Below, in pieces: positions 24,021-36,620 of a stretch of 64,000 bases of DNA (position 1 is the first letter of the stretch; the number at the start of each line of letters is the position of its first letter). The notes under the pieces were generated by a model. It was not told where the DNA came from, made no database searches, and was given only the letters and a program-made list of their open reading frames with translations. The position numbers were made by a program, and so were the translations under genes. Source of the stretch: Octopus sinensis (Eukaryota); contig NC_043005.1 of the NCBI RefSeq assembly GCF_006345805.1, positions 34,162,001 to 34,226,000 on the forward strand, read 5' to 3'.

Positions 24021-25402
24021 ATGAGTGTATGTATTGTGTGAATGATGTGTGTGTGAGTGGAAGAGAGAGTGTGTGAATAAGAGAGAGAGAGAGAGAGAAA
24101 GTATGTGTTTATGAGTGTACAAGAGAGTGATTGTGTGTGAGGGTGTGTGTGTATGTGTATGCGTGCGCGCATGTAAAGTAATACTGTGTGCATATTAAAC
24201 TTGATATTAAAGTTGTTATTCAACATTTAGCTCATTGTGACTCATGACTATGACCGGGTAGCATTGTCTTAGGTGTGTATGCAATCACGAACAGGCACTC
24301 ATGGTCCCCCACACATCTCGACTCCAAGATGTGAAAATTAGAAAGAAAGACACTGAAAAGAGGTGGTAGATAGTGGTAATGGGGACTACACCAGCATCAG
24401 AGTAGTTCTAGCCTTTGTTACAGCTGATCAGATATGAGCAACATGAAATAAAATACCTTGCTCAAGGACACAATGTATCATCTGGTTCAGAAATTGAACT
24501 CATATCTTTGTGATTGTGAGCCAAACAGTTTAACCACTATGCCACTCACTTTTACAATGTTGCTACAATACTGTGCTTTCAATTCATTTCATAAATTAAT
24601 GCAGTTTGTCTCATGTGGACATCAAATACATTTATATCGATCATTTAAAATATTTTACATTTATTTTCCTTGGGTACAACAACCCTGAAAGCTGTGGTCT
24701 ATGATATACTTTCTTTTACTTGTTTCAGCCATGTGACTGTGGCCATGCTGGAGCACCACCTTTAATCGAGCAAATCGACTCCAGGACTTATTCTATGTAA
24801 GCCTAGTACTTATTCTATTGGTTGCTTTTGCTGAACCACTAAGTTACGGGGACGTAAACACACCAGCATCGGTTGTCAAGCGATGTTGTGGGGGACAAAC
24901 ACAGACACACAAACATATACATACATACATACATATATATATATATACATATATTCAATGGGCTTCTTTCAGTTTCTGTCTACCAAATCCACTCAGAAGG
25001 CTTTGGTTGGCCTGAGACTATAGTAGAAGACACTTGCCCAAAGTGCCATGCAATGGGACTGAACCCAGAACCATGTGGTTTGTAAGCAAGCTACTTACCA
25101 CACAGCCACTCCTACACCTATAGAAGAAGATTCGACCTCGACTGAATTTGAACTCAGAACATAAGATGGACAAAACACCGTTCTTCATTTTCCCCGACGT
25201 GTTAACGATTCAGCCAGCTCGCTGCCTTGAATAAATATATTCATTTATTTTTTGTAACAATTTGTAAATGGCAGTGTTATTAATTACAGATATCTATTGG
25301 GACAATCACTGATTCACACTTCAGATGATGGGAGTGATGATGGAGTGCTTGTAACTTATTGCAGAACAAATTCCAATGGGGGACCTTGTTTGAAGATCAC
25401 TA

Positions 25403-25443
<41 letters not shown>

Positions 25444-26989
25444 AGTTTCTTATTGACCCTGAAAGCATAAAAGGCGATACCAAAAAGCTCTAATGACTAC
25501 CAATTCACAGCTTATTTAAGACTATTTAACCATTTTGTTATTTAGGTACAGGCATGGTTGTGTGGTAAGAAGTTTGTTTCACAACCACATGGGTCCGGGT
25601 TCAGTTCCACTGTTTGGCTACTTGGGCAAGTGTCTTCTGCATATAGCCTTTGGCTGACCAATGCCTTGTGAATGGATTTGGTAGATGGAAACTGTGTGTG
25701 TGTGTGTGTGTGTGCGTATGTGTGTGTGTGTGTATGTGTATGTGTGTGTGCGTGTGTGCGAGTGTGTGTATGTGTGTGTGTGCACGTGTGCGAGTGTGTG
25801 TAATTGTGTCTGTGTTTATCCCCTACCACTGCTTGACAACTGGTGCTCATGTGTTTATGTCCCCATAACTTAGCAGTTCAGCATAAGAGACCAATAGAAT
25901 AAGTACTAGGCTAAAAAAAAAAAATAATAAGTACTAGTGTTGATTTATTTGACTAAAAATTCTTCAAGGCAGTACCCCAGCATGGCCACAGTCTAATAAT
26001 TGAGACAAATAGAAGATATGATATTTATGCGGAAAATTTACTGCCTATGTTTCAATTAATTTTGAAAATAATTAAGAATTTAGTAAAAATGAATTTGTCA
26101 TAAAAATCTGGTGTAAGAAGATAACATGAAATTTTGGTGAGAAGTGGAAAGACACGTTCTATTTGCATGTTAATTTACTTTTCTACTTCATAATCAAAAT
26201 TAATAATGAAATAAATAAATAAATGCTTAAGAAACTGGTTTGGTTAAGGTAGTGAATAGTCTCCTGAAGTAAACCAATCCTTTTATCTCATACACTTTAC
26301 TCTTTGGAAAATACAAAGTTTCCTTATCACTTAATATACAGCAGTGTTGTGAATGAGTAAAGTATGCATTTCCTGATTGATCTAACAACAACAAGGATAC
26401 AGTAATCACAATGATAATAACAATAATAATAATAGTTTCAAATTTTGGCACAAGGCCAACAACTTTGGGGGAGGAGGTGAGTTGATTACATTGACCCCAG
26501 TATTCAACTAGTACTTATTTTATTGATCCTGAGAGGACGAAAGGTAATGTTGACATTGGGGGAATTTGAACTTAGAACATAAAGAGAGATGAAATGCCGC
26601 TAAGTGTTTTGCCTGGTGTGCTAATGGTTCTGCTAGCTTGCCACCTTAACAACAATGACAATAATGATATTTACTTTATTTATAATTGGGTAAAAACAAA
26701 TACATTTAAATATATGTTACTACACACACATGCACACGTACACAGTGCACACACATATATGCACACACATTCACACACATACATATACATACACATGTAC
26801 ACATACATGAGCAATACAGTGTAAGTGGAATTTGATAGACTGAAACTGTGTAGAAACCTGTCATACACATAGCCATATCTTATGTTCATTTTCCATATTA
26901 ACATGTGTTAGGTGAATGTATTATTAGTCTTGGGGGTTTGTATAAGATTTTATTGTTAAAATTTATCTGCAATAAACTGGGTATACTTC

Positions 26990-27860
26990 TGCAGCCTGAC
27001 TATCAGTCTGAAGAAGACCAAAGTACTGGGCCAAGGTACCAAGCACTCCTCCCCTACCATCACCATCAACAACTACAAGCTGGAGATAGTCCATGAATTC
27101 ACCTATCTTGGCTCTACCATTGGTGATGACCTCTCCCTGGACCCTGAGATCAACAGGTGAATCGGACAAGCATCATCCACATTTGCCAGGCTCACAAAGA
27201 GTCTGGGAAAGCAAAAACTGATTGCAAATATCAAGATTGCTGTCTATAAGGCATGCACCCTTAGTACACTCCTTTACAACAGTGAGACATGGAACCTCTA
27301 CTCCAGACAGGAGTGGCATCTCAACATCTTCCACCTTTGTAATTTGAGACACATCTTGGATATCAAGTGGGCAAACCACATCACTAACACCAAAGTTTTC
27401 AACTGTGCCAAGATACCCAATACACTCACTCTGCTCCAGCAGTGTCATCTGTGTGTGTGTGTGTAATTGGTTATGTACGTCACATACTGGACAGGCGGAT
27501 CCAAAAAGGCCTCCTGCATGAGGAATTGACTGCCAGCACAAGAGCACAAGGATGACCTCATCTTCATTTCAAGGATATCTACAAGAGAAATATGAAGTCA
27601 ACTGATATGGACGTCCTGAGATGGGAGGAGGTTGCAAATGATTGCCCACACAGGAGATGAAGAGAGCAGGAAAGAAAAAAAAAAGACAGGAACTTGCCAC
27701 CAAAGAAAAGGGCACCTGACAGAAAGAAAAACCAATAGCACTGGCAGAGAGTTCCTTCAAATGCAATCACTGTATGCATGACTACCACTCCCATGTGGTG
27801 CAGATACTGCACCAACATCAGCAGCTGACACAATTTCTTCGAGTACAGATCTATGGCTTC
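26990..27860 (+). mobile_element. RTE/BovB-type LINE remnant (RT C-terminal half)
   Basis: SLTISLKKTKVLGQ...HEFTYLGSTI...EINR*IGQASSTFARL...KIAVYKACTLSTLLYNSETW...FHLCNLRHILDIKW, with stops, frameshifts and an inserted (GT)n. Confidence 0.9.
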
Positions 27861-28092
27861 TTGAGACCAATGGCTGCCTACTACTACTACTACTGTATAT
27901 AAAATATTTTAATAATTTTTTAATACAATTCTTTATAATATTTAAGTATAAAAATGATAGGATTATTTTTAAACATTGAATGGCTATGAAGGCCCTTCCA
28001 AGTAAAATAGAAATTAAAGGGGTCCATAGGAAAAACATAGTTGGAAAACACTGGTCTGTTCTGAGTTGAGAGAGAGAGAGAGAGAGAGAGGA

Positions 28093-28145
<53 letters not shown>

Positions 28146-28989
28146 ATAAAGTTATATTAAATATACAATAATAATTCTTGATTTATTGAAATTATCTTTG
28201 GTTTGGAGATAATAAACAAACAACAAATGGTGATTGCAACAGATTCTTAATGAGAAGAGATGATCTCAACATTAAAGAATTCTCTGGAATTGATATGTCA
28301 CTAAGAAGAAGACAGATTCTCTCTTGCACACAGATATAACACACACATGCACACACACATATGCATGCATACAGATGTACACACACACGACACATATACA
28401 TGCAGCACACACACATATGCATGCATATAGATGCACATACATACACACATACATACATATGTGAACACACATACACACACACACACACATACCTTATCAT
28501 CATCATCTTTTTAACATCCACTTTTCTATGCTGGCATGAATCAAATAAAATTCATTAAGACAGATTTTCTGCTGTAGAATGCTTTTCCTATCAACAACCC
28601 TCATCTGTTTCCAAATAAGGAAGTATTCCCCCTTGTCATCCATTCAGGAACAGCACACTGGCCAAACATAATTTCACAGAAAATTGCAATCATACTACTT
28701 TGTTTGATAGCGATGTTTGTTTGCAAGACAAAGAGACACAAACACACTCAAGTACAAACATACATTCTTTCAGTTACTGTCTATCAAATCCATTCACAAG
28801 GCTTTGGTCAAACCAGGCCACTTGCTCAATGTGCTGCACAATGGGACTGAATCTAAAACCACTTGGTTGCAAAGCAAAGTTCTTAACACTCCTTAACTCC
28901 ACAACAATGCCTCCTTCTATTTGTGTGTGTGTGTTTGTGTGTGTGAGTATAGTGTGTCCCAAAATTAGAGCAATCAGCTTTTTTCAATT

Positions 28990-29768
28990 TTGCCAAAGCA
29001 AAATATTGCTATATTTCGGGTCTGAATGTTGCAATGCAATGGTAAAGGAAACACTATTATGACACTACCATATTTATTTGATATGACAACTTCGATTTAT
29101 AAGTCCACACTTGACGGAAACAGATACACTCCAAAGTCGATCGTTCTGATGGTTTACTGTCTGTTCGATGTCAGATTTCTGTTCATCAGTGAATACCAGG
29201 TTGGGCAGCATACCTTCAACAATCTGATGCAGGATAAGATGACTTCTCTCCAATTTCATGGCCTTATAAACTTGTATGAGCTCATGACGATTGATCATCT
29301 TGTAGGGATAGGTCCTGAGATCCTCCTTCAGCACTTGATACATCAATGTTCAGCTTATTTTTGTTGTGGTAGCTGGTTTTCTGACAGAACAATGAGGATT
29401 TTGCCATATCTTTTCTCTGGTATTTTTGATAAGCTGAGGGGTCTGGACACTTCTTTTTCAAACACATCCAGGCTGAGTAGCAGTGGAACCAGTCTCTTTG
29501 AAATTTCTCAACAATTTTTCAGACTGCTGTTTAGTTAATTTTAAGCTTTTTTGCTATAGCTGTATTACTTTTGCCTCCTTTGTGGAGGGTTATAATTGTA
29601 TTTTGGTCTATAGCCATTATTTAATTTATAAATCTGAACTTATTTAGTTTGAAACAAAAAGAAGATACACTAATCTTTTATAATGATGTATAATTTTCAT
29701 AGCTTATCACATTTATTAATAGTTATTAAAGCCCGAAACTTCGGTTGCCTTAATTTCAGGACACTTTG
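28990..29768 (-). mobile_element. DD37D (maT/Bmmar1-like) transposon, 5' part
   Basis: LKEDLRTYPYKMINRHEL...LVFTDEQKSDIEQTVNHQNDRLWS, like FTDEK.F..E...N.QND. Terminus reads TA|CAAAGTGTCCTGAAATT on the minus strand. Confidence 0.75.
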
Positions 29769-29808
29769 TATATGCATACACACATATGCTCAAACAAATA
29801 AATAGTAT

Positions 29809-29843
<35 letters not shown>

Positions 29844-30226
29844 GGTGTTTTCGATCTAGTTTGGATTCTTTGCCATCAAATTTGAATTCTTTGCAATCAA
29901 ATTTGAATTTTTCAATTGGTGCTCAAGCCTTGAAAAAAAAACAGTTAAACTACATCAGCCGTAAGGGAATACATGTCTATCTTTATCTAACTTGTCCAGT
30001 GGAGCCCACTGTTGCTCAAACTTCAATCTAACCCTGAGCTTATATATATATATATATATGTGTGTATGTGTGTGTGTGTGGCTGTGCTTTCCAACCACAT
30101 GGTTCTGGGATCACTCCCACTGTGTGGAATCTTGGACAAATGTCTTTTACTATAGCTTCAGGCTGACCAAAGCCTTGTGAGTGGATTTGGTTGACGAAAA
30201 CTAAAAGAAGCCTATCGTATATATGC

Positions 30227-30279
<53 letters not shown>

Positions 30280-30280
30280 G

Positions 30281-30315
<35 letters not shown>

Positions 30316-30521
30316 ATTGTGTGTTTGTGTAGCCCCACACCCCCACTTTACAACTTGTGTTGGTTTGTTTATATTCACATAACTTAGCAGTTCAGCAAAA
30401 AGGAGTGATATAATGAGTACCTAGCTTAAAAAAATAAGTCCTGCAGTTGATACATTTGACTAAAATTCTTCAAGGCTGTGCACTAGCATGGTCACTCTCT
30501 GATGACTGAAACAAGGAAAAC

Positions 30522-30608
<87 letters not shown>

Positions 30609-30609
<1 letters not shown>

Positions 30610-30739
30610 CTTTCTTTTATTAGCCACACAGGGCTGAATACAGAGGGGACAAATACAAATGCAGAGCTTTTCTTTTCGAGGGTGGAAAAAAATAAAAAAT
30701 GTAAGATTGCGATCAAAAGGGATCGAGAGGAGGAAAAAA
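30609..30739 (-). mobile_element. 131 bp 5'-truncated 3' end of a related Tx1-like subfamily, between two (GATA)n tracts
   Basis: Shares the terminal CAGCCCTGTGTGGCTAATAAA and the CGATC-N6-GATCG hairpin with the long element, but is otherwise diverged. Confidence 0.8.
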
Positions 30740-30764
30740 GATAGATAGATAGATAGATAGATAG

Positions 30765-30797
<33 letters not shown>

Positions 30798-31187
30798 TGT
30801 TTCTTTATTAGCCACACAGGGCTGCACACAGATAGAACAAATTACAAGGTAGAGCTTTTCTTTTGAAGGTTTAAAAAAAAAAAAATAAAATAAAAAATAA
30901 AATAAAATAAAAAAGGGGGGGTCGATCAAAAGGGATCGTAAAAGGAGAGAAAGAGGACAAAAAAAGGGGGGGGGGGTAAAAAAAGGGGTAGAGGAAAAAA
31001 AATTGATCAATAGGGATCGTTATCACAGAAATGTCAATATGAAGTGTAAAGGGGAGGACAGGTGAGGTTTACCCGTGGAAAGAAAAGCCTACGGAAAAGA
31101 CCACGGTAACCTCGGTCAATGAAGTCACATGTTATATTTCTTTTTTTTTTTTGCAAATAAGCAACTCTCTGTATTAATTTTTACGGT

Positions 31188-34100
31188 TCATAGAATCATA
31201 GTCAAGGTGGCTTCGTCATTCATACGTGCCATCCTTGCTACATTCACCCATCTTTTTTTAAAACATTCACTAGACAAAACTTGCCTCTCTACTCTCACTT
31301 TTTTCTTCAAGTGATACTTGAAGAAGTTGATGAGAGATTGACCAGAGAGGAAAGTGTTTGTCTCTAATCCTTTCAGACGCGTCCACCAGATACATTCTTT
31401 CGCCATAGCCACAAGTATGATAAAAATAGCTCTTCCTTCCCGTTTGAAGGAAGGAGGCGTGACGATATTAACGATAGACTCGGCTGATAAACCGACACGT
31501 CCCACACGTGACAGCAGTCGTTCGACATAAGCCCACAGGTGGGAAATTGCTGGACACTGCACGATTGCGTGCAGAGCGGTTTCGTCGCTCTGCCCGCATC
31601 TCGGGCAGGTCGCCCCGTGTTTCTCGAGCCATGCCTATAGAGCTTATCCCGAACGGGTAGCGCTTCTCGGTAGCACCGCCAGGCCAGGGATCTCTGGAAG
31701 TTGTCCATAGGTCCGGGCCGAAAGTCGTTTGAAACAGGCGGGTCAGGTATTCCTCGTCGACGCCCAGGTTTGCCCCGAGCTCGTCGTCGTACCTCCCCTC
31801 CACTAATCCCCTATAGAATGCTTTGGTTGTGTTGAAGTCACTCAAGGTCGACCCGGACGGCAGAGTTGCTTGAGAGCAACGCGACACTCGCGGTGCCATT
31901 CGCCCTTCTTCGGCCTCTTTTTGATCCACGACTGTAGTTCGGTCATGGAGACGAGTTGCGGGAATGCGTGCCTCACAAACGGCGACCACACCTGTTCACC
32001 GTCGTCTACATAGAGCCGGAGATGTCGCAGTCTCAGCGCGTGTCTGCGCATCATCAACCACGGCATGCCCAGCCCTCCTTTTAACGGGTGTTGACAGCAA
32101 ATGGATCGCCTGACCATCGGGACGCATCCTTTCCACAAGAAGCGGAAGAGGATGCGTTCTAGTTTGGTGATGGTAGGGTCGGGACAAGGTACGACGGTCA
32201 GGCGGTAGTAGATGATGGACGCGATGTACGCGTTCACCACCTCCGCCCGACCTTTTAGGGACAGTTTCCTCTCGGCCCATTGCTGGGCGAGAGTGACCAC
32301 CCTACTCGTTATCTCGTTCCAGTTCTTCTCCATTTGGAGGTCCGGACCGAACCAGACCCCGAGCAACTCAACCGGGCCGTCTGTCCAGCGTCCCACGACG
32401 GAGGTACTGGTGGACGGCATGGGCTTGCTTCTCCAGGTGCCGAGCCGCAAGCCCACTGACTTTTCCCGGTTGATTTTTGCTCCTGTCACCGCTTCGTAGT
32501 CTTTCAGTGTCTCGCCGACCCGCTCGATGTGCTCGTGGCTTGACACTATGACGGTGACGTCGTCCGCGTATGCAGACACGCTCGTCCCGCATCCTAATTC
32601 TCGCGGGATGCCCCTCAGAGTCGCCAGCTTCCGCAGTAGTGGCTCAAGAGTCAATACGTATAGAAGCGCCGAGAGGGGGCATCCCTGACGGACCGAACGT
32701 GCAATGTCGAAGGGTCTCGATAGATGTCCATTTACGCGAATTACCGAACGGATGCCTCTGTACAAGGCAGCTATCCAGCCGCGGAAGACGGGACCGAAAC
32801 CAGCCGCTCTCAGGACTGCCTCCAAGTATCAAAGGCTTTCGATTGATCCAAGTTGATCAGGGCCCCACCCATGCCAGGTTCGTTAACTACCCTGTCTATG
32901 ATGTAGCGCATCAGATGGAGGTTGTCATGGATGCTCCGGCCCGGCACGGCGCACGTTTGTGCGTTGTCGACCAGTTTCTCCATGACAAGCGCCAACCTCT
33001 TGGCTAACACCTTTGTCAAAATTTTCAGGTCTGCATTGAGCAGAGTGATTGGCCTAAAGTTATCTATAATGTTTCCCTTGTTTGGATCTTTCTTCAGCAG
33101 AGTTACAGCTCCTCGACTCACAAAACCGGGTATGCTCCCGTTTTGCTGCCAGTTGCAGTATACCGCTGCCAAGACGTCTCCAAACAAGTCTGGCATACAA
33201 TAGTAAAATTCGTAGGGTAGACCATCCAAACCCGGTGATTTGGTCCTCGAGCATTCTGCCATCGCTTCCCGCACTTCCGCCGCCGTGATGGCACCTTCGC
33301 AGCACCCTGCCTTTCTTGTCGAGAGTCGTGGCAGGCTATGTAGGTAGGCACTGAAGTCTACCCTACGTTCTTGCCCTCCACTCGTCCCGAACAGTCGGGC
33401 AAAATGCTGCTGAAAGGCCTCACACATTTTACTTGGCTCGAGCAATTCGCGCCCCTGTTCATCTACCAGTGACCGAATGGTGGCTTTGTTGCCCTGTTGC
33501 GCCTCTGCCACCCGGGCCTCTCTCGCGGCTCCAACACCTTCGTTCCTTAGAGCACGCATCCTAGCTCTGACAGCACATCCTTCGTGTTTGGCGTTGAAGT
33601 GTTGGTCGAGGGCCAACCTCGCCGCCAAAACGTCGGATGCGATGCCGCTTCTAATTGCCTCTTCTAGCTTCTTAACTAGCTCACCCTCTACTCTATTTCT
33701 ATCTATGGCTAGTGCTTTGCTGTACCTAATCGCTTCTGCTTTTACTGCTCTCTTGAGGGCAAACCACCATTTGTTGTTGATGATGGCTCCCGTCAAAGCC
33801 CTCTTTACTAGTGTGCTAATCCGGTCTCTGAAAACTTGTCTGGACGGGAATGATGCGTTCAGTTTCCAGTACCCAGGACCCTGTCTATGTGCCTTATCTA
33901 AGTCTAGCGTACACGTCACCAATTTGTGATCCGTGTAGCTGACTGTGTGGAATTGTGGACATCCTAAGTTATCCTTGTCTACTGTCCTACACAGTATCCT
34001 ATCTAGATACGATCTCGACGACCCACTGCGGTTGCTCCATGTCCACGTTGGTGCATTTGGGTGGTCGAGTCGGTACCTGTCAGACAGTTGGAATCGTCTG

Positions 34101-34606
34101 AGCAGGTCTCTGAGGCATTTGCATCCCCTTCTGTTTCTGTCTCTACCCACGAAGTCTACATGCGTGTCCAAGGTAGCATTCCAATCCCCCACTAAGAGTA
34201 AAGGACGAGACGTTCCCAAGAATACTTCTAGACGTCGAAAGAAATCCGCCCGACCTGTTAAGGGCGGTGCGTAGACTGATACGAGTCGAAAAGCGCACCC
34301 ATTGCTGCCGTCAACATCCAGAACGATCAGTCTACCCTCCGGGTCTACGAATATCGTCTTGACTTCGAGATCCAGGCTCTTGTGAAAAAGTACCGCGGTG
34401 CCACTACCGCCCATCCTCGGCAGACAGGGAGCGAAATAAATGTTAAACTGTCCGCCAAACATGGACTTTAGGGCCCGTGGCTCGTGGAGTCTGGTCTCAC
34501 TTATGGCTATGATTCCCAAATCATGTGACTTGATGTCATTTAGGAGGTATCCTTGTTTCCAAGGAGACCCCAAGCCACGCGCATTCACACAACCAATCTT
34601 GACCAT
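31188..34606 (-). pseudogene. ORF2: apurinic endonuclease, reverse transcriptase and C-terminal CCHC; about 4 frameshifts
   Basis: APE motifs NARGL, ISETRL, VYAP, VGDWNA, SYLDRIL and TDH. RT motifs FRPITLLNAD, LDQSKAFD, RQGCPLS and YADD. C-terminal CPRCGQSDETALHAIVQC. Frameshifts near 32830, 31855, 31712 and 31612. Confidence 0.93.
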
Positions 34607-34639
34607 GATTCTATTGGGGTGTGTGCTTTAAACACACAA

Positions 34640-36034
34640 ATGAAAGTACAGAGAGTTACTTACTTGTGTCGAAAGTTTTGGCTTCCTCGTTCTTTGATGT
34701 GTCTTCGAGGAGGTTTCTATATAGTTTTTGGGACAGATATTTCTGGAAACCCCCTACAGCATTTGGGAAGAGGGCTTTGAGTTTGTGGTGTTGTGTTTGT
34801 GTGATGTGTGTATTTTGATGTGTTTGGGTGGTGTAGTGCGTGGATGATTGCTATTTTTAAAGTCATCTTCACAATGTTTGTGTATCCTGTGATGTACTCC
34901 ATTAGTTTGGAGTCTTTTGTGTCTATCGCTGATAGCATTGTTTTTGTGGTGTTGGTGCTTGTTTTGTTGTGTATGGAGTTTTCAGGGTTCAGGTATCTCC
35001 CTGCTTTGGTTGCGATTTCTTGTTTGGTTTTTCTTGATCTTTTTCTTTTACCCCCTGTGGCTATTTGCCATTCTGTCGAACTTTCATCGTTAGATGAAAA
35101 GTCTGACGATCAGCAGAGGGCAAGGGTAAAGCGTCTGGGTGTGTTTGTGCGGTTGTAGATATTGTTGTGGTGCGCGGGGAGGGTGTTGCTGGGGGGTTTG
35201 TTGTGGTTATTGTCTCTCCTACATCCTTGGCTTGTCTTCTTCGTTGTTATTCTTGGTGTTGGAATTGGTTTATTTGTTGTTGGTGGTGATGATTCTGTTC
35301 TTGGCGCTGGTGTTGGTGTTGTTTGGTTGGGTTGGCTTGTTCTTTCTTGTTTTTCCTGCATTTCCGCATACAGCTTCTTGACTAGCTGTCCATATTGTGG
35401 TGTGGGAAATAATCCTGGCTTTTGTGATTTTTCCTGTGGCTGTTGTTGTTGTTGTAATTTTGCGGCAGATTTGCACTCCTTTTTGAGGTGTGCCTCACTG
35501 CCACATGTATAGCATCGTGGCCTTCTGCCCTCGACTACTACGTATAACTTGCGGCCATCCTCAAGATGTACGTGGGTGGGGATTTTATTTATGTCCTCTT
35601 GACTTATGTGGAAGAGGAACTCTATTCTCTTTCCCAGCCAGTCCTTGTTTTCCGAACACCGATATCTAGGATGTTTATGTCCTCCATTTCGGATGTTAAG
35701 GCGGATGTAATCCACAGTGTTGTAGTCACTTGGGGGACACCACTGATAATGACTTTCGTCACCTTCTGGCCGAGGTAACTCGGTGTCAACGTTAGTTCAT
35801 CAGAATGAAGGGTTATCGTTGAGAATTTCTTCGCCAACTCTTCATTCTGAAAAACCACCTGTACGTGTGCGAACTTGTTCGCCCAAGTCACACAATCCTT
35901 GTATCCTCAGATGGGGCGTAAGCACTTTTCGACTTTGTCTGTGCTTGCCTTTTCTGGACTTTTTGTTTTTTTATTTGTGATTTTATATACAATTGTCTTT
36001 TTTTTCTCCTCATTCAGTATGTGCTGAGGTATGG
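34640..36034 (-). pseudogene. ORF1: gag-like with CX2CX4HX4C zinc knuckle
   Basis: VEGRRPRCYTCGSEAHLKKEC. In-frame TGA at 35909-35907 and frameshifts near 35645 and 35130. No ATG at the 5' junction. Confidence 0.8.
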
Positions 36035-36107
<73 letters not shown>

Positions 36108-36197
36108 ATAAATACATACATACATATACATATATGTGTATGTGTGTGTGTTTCTGTGCATGTATCAATAAAACTGTACATTATATAGTTAATCCAG

Positions 36198-36250
<53 letters not shown>

Positions 36251-36443
36251 CCAACATTTATTACCATTCCTGCACTACCCACATAGAATTCTAACCATTC
36301 TAGGTTCTAATTACATCTGTTACATAATTCATAGATCTTCAGATTTTATTTCCCTAAGAAATCTTGAAAGTGCTATAATGTTCCCACCATTTTGATCTCG
36401 GCTGTTTACAAGATTCATTATATAACATCCATTCTAATCAATC

Positions 36444-36508
<65 letters not shown>

Positions 36509-36620
36509 TTTCTTTCTTTCTTTCTTCCTTTCTTCTTTCTTTCTTCCTTTCTTTCTTTCTTCTTACTTTCTTCTTTCTTTCTTCCTTTCTTTCTTCTCTT
36601 CCTACTCCTTCTTTTTCTTC
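36444..36620. repeat. (TTTC)n-type polypyrimidine microsatellite
   Basis: Directly visible. Confidence 0.95.

Larger units (their letters stand above)
30798..36034 (-). mobile_element. Tx1/L1-clade non-LTR retrotransposon, near full length, decayed
   Basis: Contains ORF1, ORF2 and a 3' UTR ending GCTAATAAAGAAAC. (GATA)n at 30740-30797 and 36035-36107. Confidence 0.93.

Noticed and set aside
29026-29538. 170 aa plus-strand ORF
   Set aside because: Antisense shadow of the DD37D transposase relic.
32212-35980. Several 60-150 aa plus-strand ORFs, some hydrophobic
   Set aside because: Antisense to the GC-rich ORF2 and the A/C-rich ORF1 of the Tx1 element.
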